Shown here: positions 1 through 6,443 of the stretch, piece by piece
How the letters are laid out: the number at the start of each line of letters is the position of its first letter
Numbering within the stretch: position 1 is the stretch's first letter
IMG/VR virus record: IMGVR_UViG_3300034073_000278
Coordinates: 1-25,084 of that record
Direction: 5' to 3' (one strand)
DNA length: 25,084 nucleotides
Source: a virus
Taxonomy: Duplodnaviria > Caudoviricetes
Notes under the pieces: generated by a model
Told to the model about the DNA's origin: nothing
Seen by the model: the letters and a program-made list of their open reading frames with translations, nothing else
The model's database searches: none
Made by a program: the position numbers and the translations under genes

Positions 1-2
1 AC

Positions 3-500
3 CAAGGGGCAGTGGCAATTGCACACCTCAAAGGGGACGCCCTTGCCAATGCAGTCCTCAAAGCGACCACGAAAGCGATTAGGCGTGCAGTCCTCGCCCA
101 CTGTGGCCTCGGGATGCTTGACGAAACAGAAGCCGAAACAATCCCGGGGGCCAGAATGGAACCAGTGGTTCAAGTTTCAACAGAAGCCGCCCCGTCGGTT
201 GCAGCAGTCGTTGAGCAGCCTACCGACGGCATTGCTTTGATGGTGCCCGGGAGTGACGAGCCTTATGCCTATCACGAAACGATGGACGATTGGGCAGACG
301 CTTTCCTAACCATGATTGACAAGATCGCAGCCAACAAGAAGATGGACGCAGGCACCAAGCTATTGAAAATGTCTGACTTTGAGAAGTGCAACTCAAAGAA
401 CATTCACGAGCTTGCCCGTAACCACGAGGGCTTGTATCAGGTCTTCAGCAACGGCATTGGCACGGCACGGCGCTCGATAGATGAAGAAGCAAAAAAGTAG
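3..500 (+). CDS. 5'-truncated putative ssDNA-annealing/recombination protein, C-terminal part
   Basis: The frame is open from the window edge (QGAVAIAHLKGDALANAVLKATTKAIRRAVLAHCGLGMLDETE). The NAxxKAxTKAxRRAxLxxxGLG motif is typical of phage annealases, and the gene precedes SSB-like and resolvase genes. Confidence 0.65.
   Translation, partial: QGAVAIAHLKGDALANAVLKATTKAIRRAVLAHCGLGMLDETEAETIPGARMEPVVQVSTEAAPSVAAVVEQPTDGIALMVPGSDEPYAYHETMDDWADAFLTMIDKIAANKKMDAGTKLLKMSDFEKCNSKNIHELARNHEGLYQVFSNGIGTARRSIDEEAKK
491..497 (+). promoter_or_regulatory. Candidate -1 programmed frameshift slippery heptamer A_AAA_AAG
   Basis: Codons GCA AAA AAG TAG at 489-500. The -1 frame is open from 491 to the HTH stop at 724. 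Confidence 0.6.
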
Positions 501-538
501 CCGAGCCAGTCAACGGCACCCGCTTCAGTCAGTCAGAG

Positions 539-724
539 TTGATTCTGCGCTACATGGCAAAGGGCCACACTCTGACTGCACTAGAAGCCTTGCAGATGAT
601 GGGCGTGTTCAGGCTGGCGGCACGCATTGATGATTTACGTCGTAAAGGTCACAACATTGTGACAGAAGAGGTACAGGAGGGCGGTAAGTCGTTCGCCCGT
701 TATCATTTGGTGAAAGGAGTTTGA
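539..724 (+). CDS. Small winged-HTH DNA-binding domain (HTH_39-like), possibly expressed as a frameshift fusion
   Basis: ILRYM..G.TLTALEAL...GVFRLAARIDDLRRKGHNI.T...ARYHL pattern. The TTG start has no recognisable SD. Confidence 0.8.
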   Translation: MILRYMAKGHTLTALEALQMMGVFRLAARIDDLRRKGHNIVTEEVQEGGKSFARYHLVKGV

Positions 725-725
725 C

Positions 726-1001
726 ATGGCGTTTGAAAGACCACCGGGCACAGGTGCCCTATTTGCACAAAACAAACCTGACGGCAGCAAGGGGCCAGAC
801 TGGAAAGGTGAGCTGCTTTTAGATCAGGACTACAAGGCAGGCGATACCCTGAAGATGGCAGGCTGGATTAAGAGTACCGCTAAAGGGCCGCTAATCAGCA
901 TTAAAGAGGATACTTGGAAGCCAGACCCTAACTACAAGCAGAATCGGCAGCCAACGCCTTCTAAGAGCTTTGACGACATTGACGGTGACGTACCCTTCTA
1001 A
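726..1001 (+). CDS. Putative small phage ssDNA-binding protein
   Basis: GALF...PDWKG motif, acidic tail DDIDGDVPF as in SSBs, and a strong SD (AAGGAG) upstream. Confidence 0.7.
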   Translation: MAFERPPGTGALFAQNKPDGSKGPDWKGELLLDQDYKAGDTLKMAGWIKSTAKGPLISIKEDTWKPDPNYKQNRQPTPSKSFDDIDGDVPF

Positions 1002-1363
1002 TGTCTAAACTAGCACGAGATCGGGGGGCTAACTACGAGCGAGAGGTTGCCGCAGCCGTCTTTGATGCTTTGGGCATCAAGATCAAGCGTAACCTCAAGC
1101 AGTATCAAGAAGCCGACCACGGCGATCTTGAGCTTGGCCCTTTTCTGATTGAGTGCAAGCGCAGACGTAACATAGCCGTCTACGAATGGATGGAACAAGC
1201 TGACAAAGCATGTGACGCAGATCACACCCCAGTCGTAATTTTTAGGGGGGATGGGAAGAAGTCGATGGCCATGTTCCACCTAGAGGACGCATTGAAGTTA
1301 ATGGGTAATGAATTAACCCCACCTGAGCCAGAGCAGGGAGTTCCCGCAAAAGGAACAGATTAG
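1001..1363 (+). CDS. Putative Holliday junction resolvase, PD-(D/E)XK fold
   Basis: RDRGANYERE ... GDL ... IECKRR motifs; starts in a TAATG overlap with the upstream gene. Confidence 0.8.
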   Translation: MSKLARDRGANYEREVAAAVFDALGIKIKRNLKQYQEADHGDLELGPFLIECKRRRNIAVYEWMEQADKACDADHTPVVIFRGDGKKSMAMFHLEDALKLMGNELTPPEPEQGVPAKGTD

Positions 1364-1372
1364 GACGTTGCC

Positions 1373-1398
1373 GGGGGGCAGCGATTCTGGCACCCCCC
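1373..1398. other. Intergenic GC-rich hairpin
   Basis: GGGGGG-CAG-cgatt-CTG-gca-CCCCCC, with no U-tract on either side. Confidence 0.4.
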
Positions 1399-1419
1399 AC
1401 CTAACTTAGAGAGGATGAC

Positions 1420-2202
1420 ATGCCACGCAAAAAGAAAGTAGAACCCGAGTTACCCGAGATCAGAGTGCAGGTTGCTACGCCCATGTACGGCGGCCAATGC
1501 ACGGGGGTCTATGTCCAATCATTGCTAGAGCTATCAGGGATGCTCACATCGCAAAACATACGCCTGACATGCGCCTTCATGTTCAATGAGAGCTTGATAA
1601 CACGGGCACGCAATAACCTTGCTGACCAGTTCTTGCAGACCGACAACACCCACCTGTTGTTTATCGACGCTGACATGAAGTTCAGAGCCATTGACATTCT
1701 CAACATGATTCTGGCCGACAAGGACATTATTGTGGGTATTTGCCCTAAGAAAGAGATCAACTGGCGCAGCGTCAAAGAGGCAGCCTTGGCAGGGCACGAG
1801 AACCTTGGCCGGTTCACGGGTAGCTTTGTCGTGAACCTTAAGGAAAACACCAGCCATATCTCAGTGCCGCAGAACCAGCCCTTTGAGATCGCAGCAGGTG
1901 GCACGGGCATCATGCTGATTAAGCGCAAGGTGTTTGAGAAGATGAAGAAGAAGGTGCCGTTCTTCAGGAACGACATGAGCCACTTACCGGGTGGTAAGCC
2001 GATCAGCCAATACTTCACCGAGAGCATTTGCCCCAAGACAGGCAGGCTGCTTAGTGAGGATTATCACTTTTGCCATAAGTGGCGAGAACTCAAGGGCAAA
2101 GTCTGGGGTGCCCCGTGGTGTAAGATCGGGCACTTTGGCACCTACCTGTTTGAAGGTCAACTAATTGAAGAGCCGGGAGTAAGCAATGGAAAACCAAAGT
2201 GA
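1420..2202 (+). CDS. GT-A fold glycosyltransferase-like phage protein
   Basis: VATPMYGG, ESLITRARN, THLLFIDAD (DxD), GTGIMLIKR and LSEDYHFC motifs; SD GAGG upstream. Confidence 0.8.
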   Translation: MPRKKKVEPELPEIRVQVATPMYGGQCTGVYVQSLLELSGMLTSQNIRLTCAFMFNESLITRARNNLADQFLQTDNTHLLFIDADMKFRAIDILNMILADKDIIVGICPKKEINWRSVKEAALAGHENLGRFTGSFVVNLKENTSHISVPQNQPFEIAAGGTGIMLIKRKVFEKMKKKVPFFRNDMSHLPGGKPISQYFTESICPKTGRLLSEDYHFCHKWRELKGKVWGAPWCKIGHFGTYLFEGQLIEEPGVSNGKPK

Positions 2203-2410
2203 TGAAGAGCGTTTCATGCACGAAGTACAAAGTGAGCAAGAATGGGTGCATGACATGCTCTGCACGCCTTGGGCCGCAGAGATCGGCAAAGACGGAGCCA
2301 TGATGATTATTGATAGAGATGGCGTACCCGTCTTTAAGATTGACTCCCGCAGCCCTGAGTACGCAGCACTAGCGGCTGCCGTCATTGTGGAGCATGTAAA
2401 CCGTGCGTAA
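2186..2410 (+). CDS. Hypothetical acidic protein
   Basis: 74-aa ORF overlapping both neighbours, with SD GGAG upstream. Confidence 0.7.
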   Translation: MENQSDEERFMHEVQSEQEWVHDMLCTPWAAEIGKDGAMMIIDRDGVPVFKIDSRSPEYAALAAAVIVEHVNRA

Positions 2411-2846
2411 GGAGTTTAGCCAAGCCCTGCATGACGAGAACGACGCCATAGCAAAGGAGGCCGTTAAAGGCTTCTTAGAGGGTATCTGGGGCTATCCTGT
2501 CGAAGAAGGCAGCCAGTACGAGGTTGATCTAGTCATCTACGAAGAAGACAAGATTTGCGGCTACGTTGAGGTCGAGCGTCGCCATAACTGGAATACCGAG
2601 GTTTTCCCTTTCGATACCCTGCATATCCCTGAGCGCAAGCGCAAGTTCTTTACGCTGGATCAGCCTAGCCTATTGTTTGCCGTGAGTAAAGACTGCAAGT
2701 GGGCCGTGTTCGTGCCGGGAGAGATTGTGACGCAGTGCCCCGTGGAGATGCGAGACAACAAGTTTTGCTTTCAAGAGCCGTTCTTCATCGTGCCCATTGA
2801 GTACTGCATGCTGGTTGATCTCGAAAAAAAACCCGACGGGGAATGA
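2403..2846 (+). CDS. Putative PD-(D/E)XK-type nuclease
   Basis: YEVDL...YVEVERR arrangement resembles a restriction-endonuclease-like active site; GTG start with SD GGAG. Confidence 0.55.
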   Translation: MRKEFSQALHDENDAIAKEAVKGFLEGIWGYPVEEGSQYEVDLVIYEEDKICGYVEVERRHNWNTEVFPFDTLHIPERKRKFFTLDQPSLLFAVSKDCKWAVFVPGEIVTQCPVEMRDNKFCFQEPFFIVPIEYCMLVDLEKKPDGE

Positions 2847-2857
2847 ACACCGCCGGG
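2824..2857 (-). terminator. Rho-independent terminator of the late operon
   Basis: Minus strand reads CCCGGCGG-tgttcattcc-CCGTCGGG-TTTTTTTT (8-bp stem with one G-U pair), about 30 nt after the last minus-strand stop. Confidence 0.8.
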
Positions 2858-2886
2858 TCAACCCTGTGACTCAGGGGGAGGAATGA

Positions 2887-3039
2887 CTATTTACGCTTCG
2901 CAGTACGTGCAGACTGCTTAAATGCCTTGGCAGTGGGGGCACCCTTGGTACCGGGTTTCCTCATTCTCTCGCCACTACCGGCAGCGATACGTTTACGTTT
3001 GGCGTTAATGTTTGAATAGAGTCCACGTTTTACCGACAT
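2887..3039 (-). CDS. Small basic protein, 50 aa (not in ORF track)
   Basis: Hand translation: MSVKRGLYSNINAKRKRIAAGSGERMRKPGTKGAPTAKAFKQSARTAKRK. SD AGGAG upstream. The GLYxNIxAKRxRI pattern is familiar from aquatic phages. Confidence 0.85.
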   Translation of the reverse strand: MSVKRGLYSNINAKRKRIAAGSGERMRKPGTKGAPTAKAFKQSARTAKRK

Positions 3040-3296
3040 TTCCATCTCCTTAGCGATGCCCTAGCCCTTGTTGCTGGCCCCTTGGCCTTGGCCACAACGC
3101 CACGCATACGGGCACAAAACGACTTCTTGCGGCCTTCGTCCTTCTTAGTTTTAGGGTTGGGGGCAGGTGCCTTTAACTTGCTGCCTGTCTCTCGATTGTA
3201 CTTGGCACGACCCTTAGCCGTTAAGCCAGCACCCTGCTTGACGGATTGTTTCTCACCCCGTCCAACAGACAAAGAGACACCCTTCTTATCAGCCAT
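3030..3296 (-). CDS. Small basic phage protein (DUF6321-like)
   Basis: GLTAKGRAKYN...LKAP...RKKSFCARM...SLRRWKC; starts in a TAATG overlap with the endolysin stop. Confidence 0.8.
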   Translation of the reverse strand: MADKKGVSLSVGRGEKQSVKQGAGLTAKGRAKYNRETGSKLKAPAPNPKTKKDEGRKKSFCARMRGVVAKAKGPATRARASLRRWKCR

Positions 3297-3760
3297 TACG
3301 CCACCAATCCGTCTTCATACTGTGTTTTACCGTCCTTCGTCATTGCCGTCAAGGTCTGCATCTTAAGATCGTAAGAGTTGTAAGACACATGCACCCACCC
3401 GCTATCAGGTATGCCGGGGGTATAAAACTCCAAGATCAACTGCGTGAACTTAAGGTTATCCCTAATCCACTCGGCTAGGTCAGCATTGGCCACACCCGGT
3501 ATTTCTATGTCGGCTGCCATGCCCTTGCAATGGTCTGATCGGGGGCTGCCACCCACCTTGGCATTGACCAGCGGGTGCCTATAACCACTGTTGACCTTCA
3601 CGCCTTTACCGTAATGATCTCTTACGGGTTGCAATACTTTCTCGCAAAGAATCTTAAGGTTCTCAAGCTCGGTATCGCCCGGGTGGTTGCCCATGTTAAA
3701 ACGCAATGCCGTCTCGGATTTAGTCATCTCGGCTAGAGTAAAGTTCTTGGTTAGGTTCAT
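3296..3760 (-). CDS. Endolysin, peptidase M15 family zinc peptidase
   Basis: LTKNFTLAEM, NSGYR, SDHCKGMAADI (H..D ligands) and WVHVS. Start revised to ATG 3760, an ATGA overlap with the holin stop. Confidence 0.9.
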   Translation of the reverse strand: MNLTKNFTLAEMTKSETALRFNMGNHPGDTELENLKILCEKVLQPVRDHYGKGVKVNSGYRHPLVNAKVGGSPRSDHCKGMAADIEIPGVANADLAEWIRDNLKFTQLILEFYTPGIPDSGWVHVSYNSYDLKMQTLTAMTKDGKTQYEDGLVA

Positions 3761-4158
3761 TTGTCCTTGCCTTTCATGTTCATAATCTTTTCGAGGGTAC
3801 GGCCACCAAAGTAGAAGGACATGATTAACATGCCCCACTGCCCAAGTAGCTCAACGTAGGGGCCGTTGACTTCCAAGTCCCATGCGCTCATAAAGCCAAA
3901 CACAGTGTAGATCAACAGTATGAAGATCAGCGTCATAGGCCTAATGTTCTTGCTCAACCAGCTATCCGACCTCATGTCGGCCTCGGCACGCTTAGTTAAT
4001 TCTTGCGCCTCGATGTTGTCAGCATTAAGCTCTGCAAGCCTACCCTCAGCCTGTATCTTGGCAAGCTCGGCCATCGCCTTGTTCTTAGCCTCTGGGTCGG
4101 GTAGAACCTTGTCCAGCACCTTTTCCCCGATACTCATAATGGCAGCCAAAGGAATCAT
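3757..4158 (-). CDS. Holin, 3-TM GTA-holin-like family
   Basis: DKVLPDP, SDSWLSKNIRP, hydrophobic segments and FYFGGRTLEK; directly upstream of the endolysin. Confidence 0.85.
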   Translation of the reverse strand: MIPLAAIMSIGEKVLDKVLPDPEAKNKAMAELAKIQAEGRLAELNADNIEAQELTKRAEADMRSDSWLSKNIRPMTLIFILLIYTVFGFMSAWDLEVNGPYVELLGQWGMLIMSFYFGGRTLEKIMNMKGKDK

Positions 4159-4430
4159 TGCTCGCCCTCCTTCTTCAGTGCGTTAGCGGCAGCATAGGCT
4201 CCTTTACGTCCCACGATGCCACCTACGGCTCCGATACAGAGCAGCATAATGTCTCGCAGTATGGCTAAGAAAGCCTCGTCAATCGGCGCTATGGACTGCA
4301 TGTCATGCTCGACAAACATGACGCCCATGATGATTCCAAAGGTGGAGAGCAGCAGAATCGAGGTTAGTGACAGGACAATGATTGCCCACACCCGCACCTC
4401 GATCTCTTCCGTAGACCAGCGTTCGTTCAT
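4155..4430 (-). CDS. Two-TM membrane protein of the lysis module
   Basis: Two hydrophobic helices; ATGA overlaps at both ends. Confidence 0.75.
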   Translation of the reverse strand: MNERWSTEEIEVRVWAIIVLSLTSILLLSTFGIIMGVMFVEHDMQSIAPIDEAFLAILRDIMLLCIGAVGGIVGRKGAYAAANALKKEGEQ

Positions 4431-4951
4431 TTTGCGTACCTAAAGATAAAGTCAATTGCCACATACATGAGCAGCAGGCCAATAACCACAATGGCACTGC
4501 CGCCGCCATAAAGCTGCACCTTGGCCCAGAACTCGGCCTGCATGTTTTCCTGATCTTGTTTCATCTTAATGCGGTCAGCCCTGATCTTGCGCCGCATCTC
4601 TAAGAACTTGCGGTAGCCATCCATGCCACCAAAGCCACCCTCAAGGTTGCAGAAGGCTCCGTAGAGGAACTCGTGCCTAATCTCACGCTCCATCTCGGCT
4701 AGCTTATGCTCTGCCTCAAACGCATTGAAGGCTTCTTGAGTGTCGTTGCCGAACTCTAGCTTGCCAAACAGTTTGGGTTTTTGAGGCTTGTTCTTTGCCT
4801 CTGTGATGTGCTGCTCTAGTTGATCGGCCAGCCCAACGTATTTACTTAGCTGACTCCAAACGCCTTCAGCCTCCTGAGCGAACTCGGAGGCTTGCTTTAT
4901 GCCACTCCATACTGCACTGCACGCAGCTAGTATCGTTATTGGGTCGATGAT
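4427..4951 (-). CDS. Helical protein with C-terminal TM anchor, about 174 aa, start uncertain
   Basis: The frame is open to 4960 and reads IIDPITILAACSAVWSGIKQASEF... into the track ORF 4427-4693. There is no in-frame ATG/GTG/TTG before 4693. Confidence 0.7.
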   Translation of the reverse strand: MIDPITILAACSAVWSGIKQASEFAQEAEGVWSQLSKYVGLADQLEQHITEAKNKPQKPKLFGKLEFGNDTQEAFNAFEAEHKLAEMEREIRHEFLYGAFCNLEGGFGGMDGYRKFLEMRRKIRADRIKMKQDQENMQAEFWAKVQLYGGGSAIVVIGLLLMYVAIDFIFRYAK

Positions 4952-4992
4952 TTGCCCCCATTAAACCAAGCCCCTAGCTTAACAACCGAATG

Positions 4993-5343
4993 TTACAACC
5001 CCTCTCCCGGTGTGACGTACAGCCGAGCATTGTTGTGCGGGGCAATGATCGCAACATACACATGTTTTGTTGCACTGACTTGTGGGCCAGTGAATACCTT
5101 TTCCGTGTATGGGGCAATTGCGACTACTGCCGCACTGTTGCCATCAGTAGGAATAACAGGCGTGACGCTATCTGTCTCACCGTATGCAACAAAGACAGGG
5201 TCATTTTTGTCTGGGTTGAAGACAAAGTATTGATTGACCGGGCTAACGGCAGTGATAACAGCAACATTACCCGCCACGTTTCCAGTGGAGGCAAAGGCTA
5301 CCACGCAGTTGCCCATCGGCTGAAAGGCAATGTTGTTGGCCAT
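4993..5343 (-). CDS. Hypothetical beta-rich virion protein, paralog of 16213-16557
   Basis: Shares NQY, VIPT and LYxTPGxGL motifs with the other copy. Confidence 0.8.
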   Translation of the reverse strand: MANNIAFQPMGNCVVAFASTGNVAGNVAVITAVSPVNQYFVFNPDKNDPVFVAYGETDSVTPVIPTDGNSAAVVAIAPYTEKVFTGPQVSATKHVYVAIIAPHNNARLYVTPGEGL

Positions 5344-5570
5344 TAGTAAAACCTCTTCTTAAAACCGACCACGCCCGGGGTGGTGGGCGACTTTTTCTGA
5401 TCGCCACCGCCAAAGCACATCATAGGCATAAAGCCGCCGACGGGGTTGGTACGGGTGGGTTTGCCCATGCCGTAGGTATCGGCAACGGAGGCTTGACGAA
5501 TGGGCTTACCGGCGCTGCCCGTGTTCATAGTAGAAGCGTACACCTCAGTCTTCTTGATGCTTACCTTCAT
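5343..5570 (-). CDS. Small basic protein, 75 aa
   Basis: Start revised to MKVSIKK (SD AGGA); its stop overlaps the next start (TAATG). Confidence 0.7.
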   Translation of the reverse strand: MKVSIKKTEVYASTMNTGSAGKPIRQASVADTYGMGKPTRTNPVGGFMPMMCFGGGDQKKSPTTPGVVGFKKRFY

Positions 5571-5778
5571 CTTTTTTCCTTTCAATGCTAATGCAAGGGA
5601 TATACACGCACACGGCAAAAAACGCTGCCATAGCCATTCTCTCGTAAGTAGGCTCCAACATCGTCCATACGGCCAATGCAAACGACATGACCATCGACAG
5701 GATCGTCAACAACCGCATAGAAACGGTCTGCACCGCCACACGGACGATCTTCAACAACATAGTTTCTTCCATCCTCAA
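5545..5778 (-). CDS. Small two-TM membrane protein
   Basis: Hydrophobic segments LLTILSMVMSFALAVW and MAMAAFFAVCVYIPCI, followed by a charged tail. Confidence 0.7.
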   Translation of the reverse strand: MRMEETMLLKIVRVAVQTVSMRLLTILSMVMSFALAVWTMLEPTYERMAMAAFFAVCVYIPCISIERKKDEGKHQED

Positions 5779-5975
5779 TCCCCTTCGTCATCGTTATAAA
5801 ATCCTTTGCCCCATTCATCGTCGCTAATCTTTTGCTTGATCTGCTCAAGTTTTAGCGCCCGATCTAGGACTTTTGTTTTGTCAGTCAGGCTTGCAGTTTC
5901 GTCATTCATCACCTGCTTTAGCAGCGTGGAGACAGCCTCTTCAAGCTCTGGATTTAGCCCCTTAACCCTCTTCAT
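5775..5975 (-). CDS. Hypothetical helical protein, 66 aa
   Basis: Four-base overlaps with both neighbours. Confidence 0.75.
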   Translation of the reverse strand: MKRVKGLNPELEEAVSTLLKQVMNDETASLTDKTKVLDRALKLEQIKQKISDDEWGKGFYNDDEGD

Positions 5976-6127
5976 CGTTCCATTTTTCTCCCAGAGCGTT
6001 TATCACGCTTCATGCGTGCCAAGACCTCGCCACCATTGCTGGAGCGCACCGGCATCGGCGCACCCTGCTTCAAGTTGCGATCAGGGTTACGCATCTCGTC
6101 GTAGTTACGCTCCTTGGGCGATTGCAT
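5972..6127 (-). CDS. Small basic protein, 51 aa (not in ORF track)
   Basis: MQSPKERNYDEMRNPDRNLKQGAPMPVRSSNGGEVLARMKRDKRSGRKMER; starts 1 nt after the previous stop and ends in an ATGA overlap. Confidence 0.7.
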   Translation of the reverse strand: MQSPKERNYDEMRNPDRNLKQGAPMPVRSSNGGEVLARMKRDKRSGRKMER

Positions 6128-6128
6128 C

Positions 6129-6305
6129 TTAGCCTCGCTTGCCTTTACGCATCGACCCTCTTTTTAGGTCTTTAACGATTCGGCTTCGTTCTTCGCTTAA
6201 ATTCCTCTTGCCCTTAGCAGTGCTTGCCTTTTCCGAATCCACACGGCCAAGCTCTTCAAGTTTGTTCATGCGTGAGGTGTTGCCCTTACCTTTGCCGTAC
6301 ATCAT
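6129..6305 (-). CDS. Small basic protein, 58 aa (not in ORF track)
   Basis: [58 protein letters not shown]; ATGA overlap with the upstream stop. Confidence 0.75.
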   Translation of the reverse strand: MMYGKGKGNTSRMNKLEELGRVDSEKASTAKGKRNLSEERSRIVKDLKRGSMRKGKRG

Positions 6306-6442
6306 TTTCTGCGTTCCTTTCTGGCTTTACGGGCCGTAGATAGTGCAATGGCAATCGCTTGTTTCTGCGGCTTGCCGCTTTTCATCTCCTTGCGAATGTT
6401 ACTACTAATCGTCTTTTGGCTAGAACCTTTTTTTAACGGCAT
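6302..6442 (-). CDS. Small basic protein, 46 aa, QAIAIALS motif (not in ORF track)
   Basis: [46 protein letters not shown]; SD AGGAG upstream. Confidence 0.85.
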   Translation of the reverse strand: MPLKKGSSQKTISSNIRKEMKSGKPQKQAIAIALSTARKARKERRK

Positions 6443-6443
6443 A

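Noticed and set aside
1509-2036. Long antisense ORF, and the many other opposite-strand ORFs in the track such as 12130-12651 and 15319-15843
   Set aside because: They shadow well-supported genes and have no motifs or operon coupling.
2823-2834. A8 run as a second frameshift site at the end of the nuclease gene
   Set aside because: The -1 frame stops within about 15 codons, and the run is explained as the U-tract of the minus-strand terminator.
3761-3838. N-terminal extension of the endolysin as a SAR or signal sequence
   Set aside because: It lies inside the holin gene; ATG 3760 in an ATGA overlap matches the family N-terminus.
4303-4509. Embedded ORF MAAAVPLWLLACC as an o-spanin lipoprotein
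   Set aside because: It has no basic N-region, a short hydrophobic core, a poor lipobox and no SD, and it overlaps two real genes.
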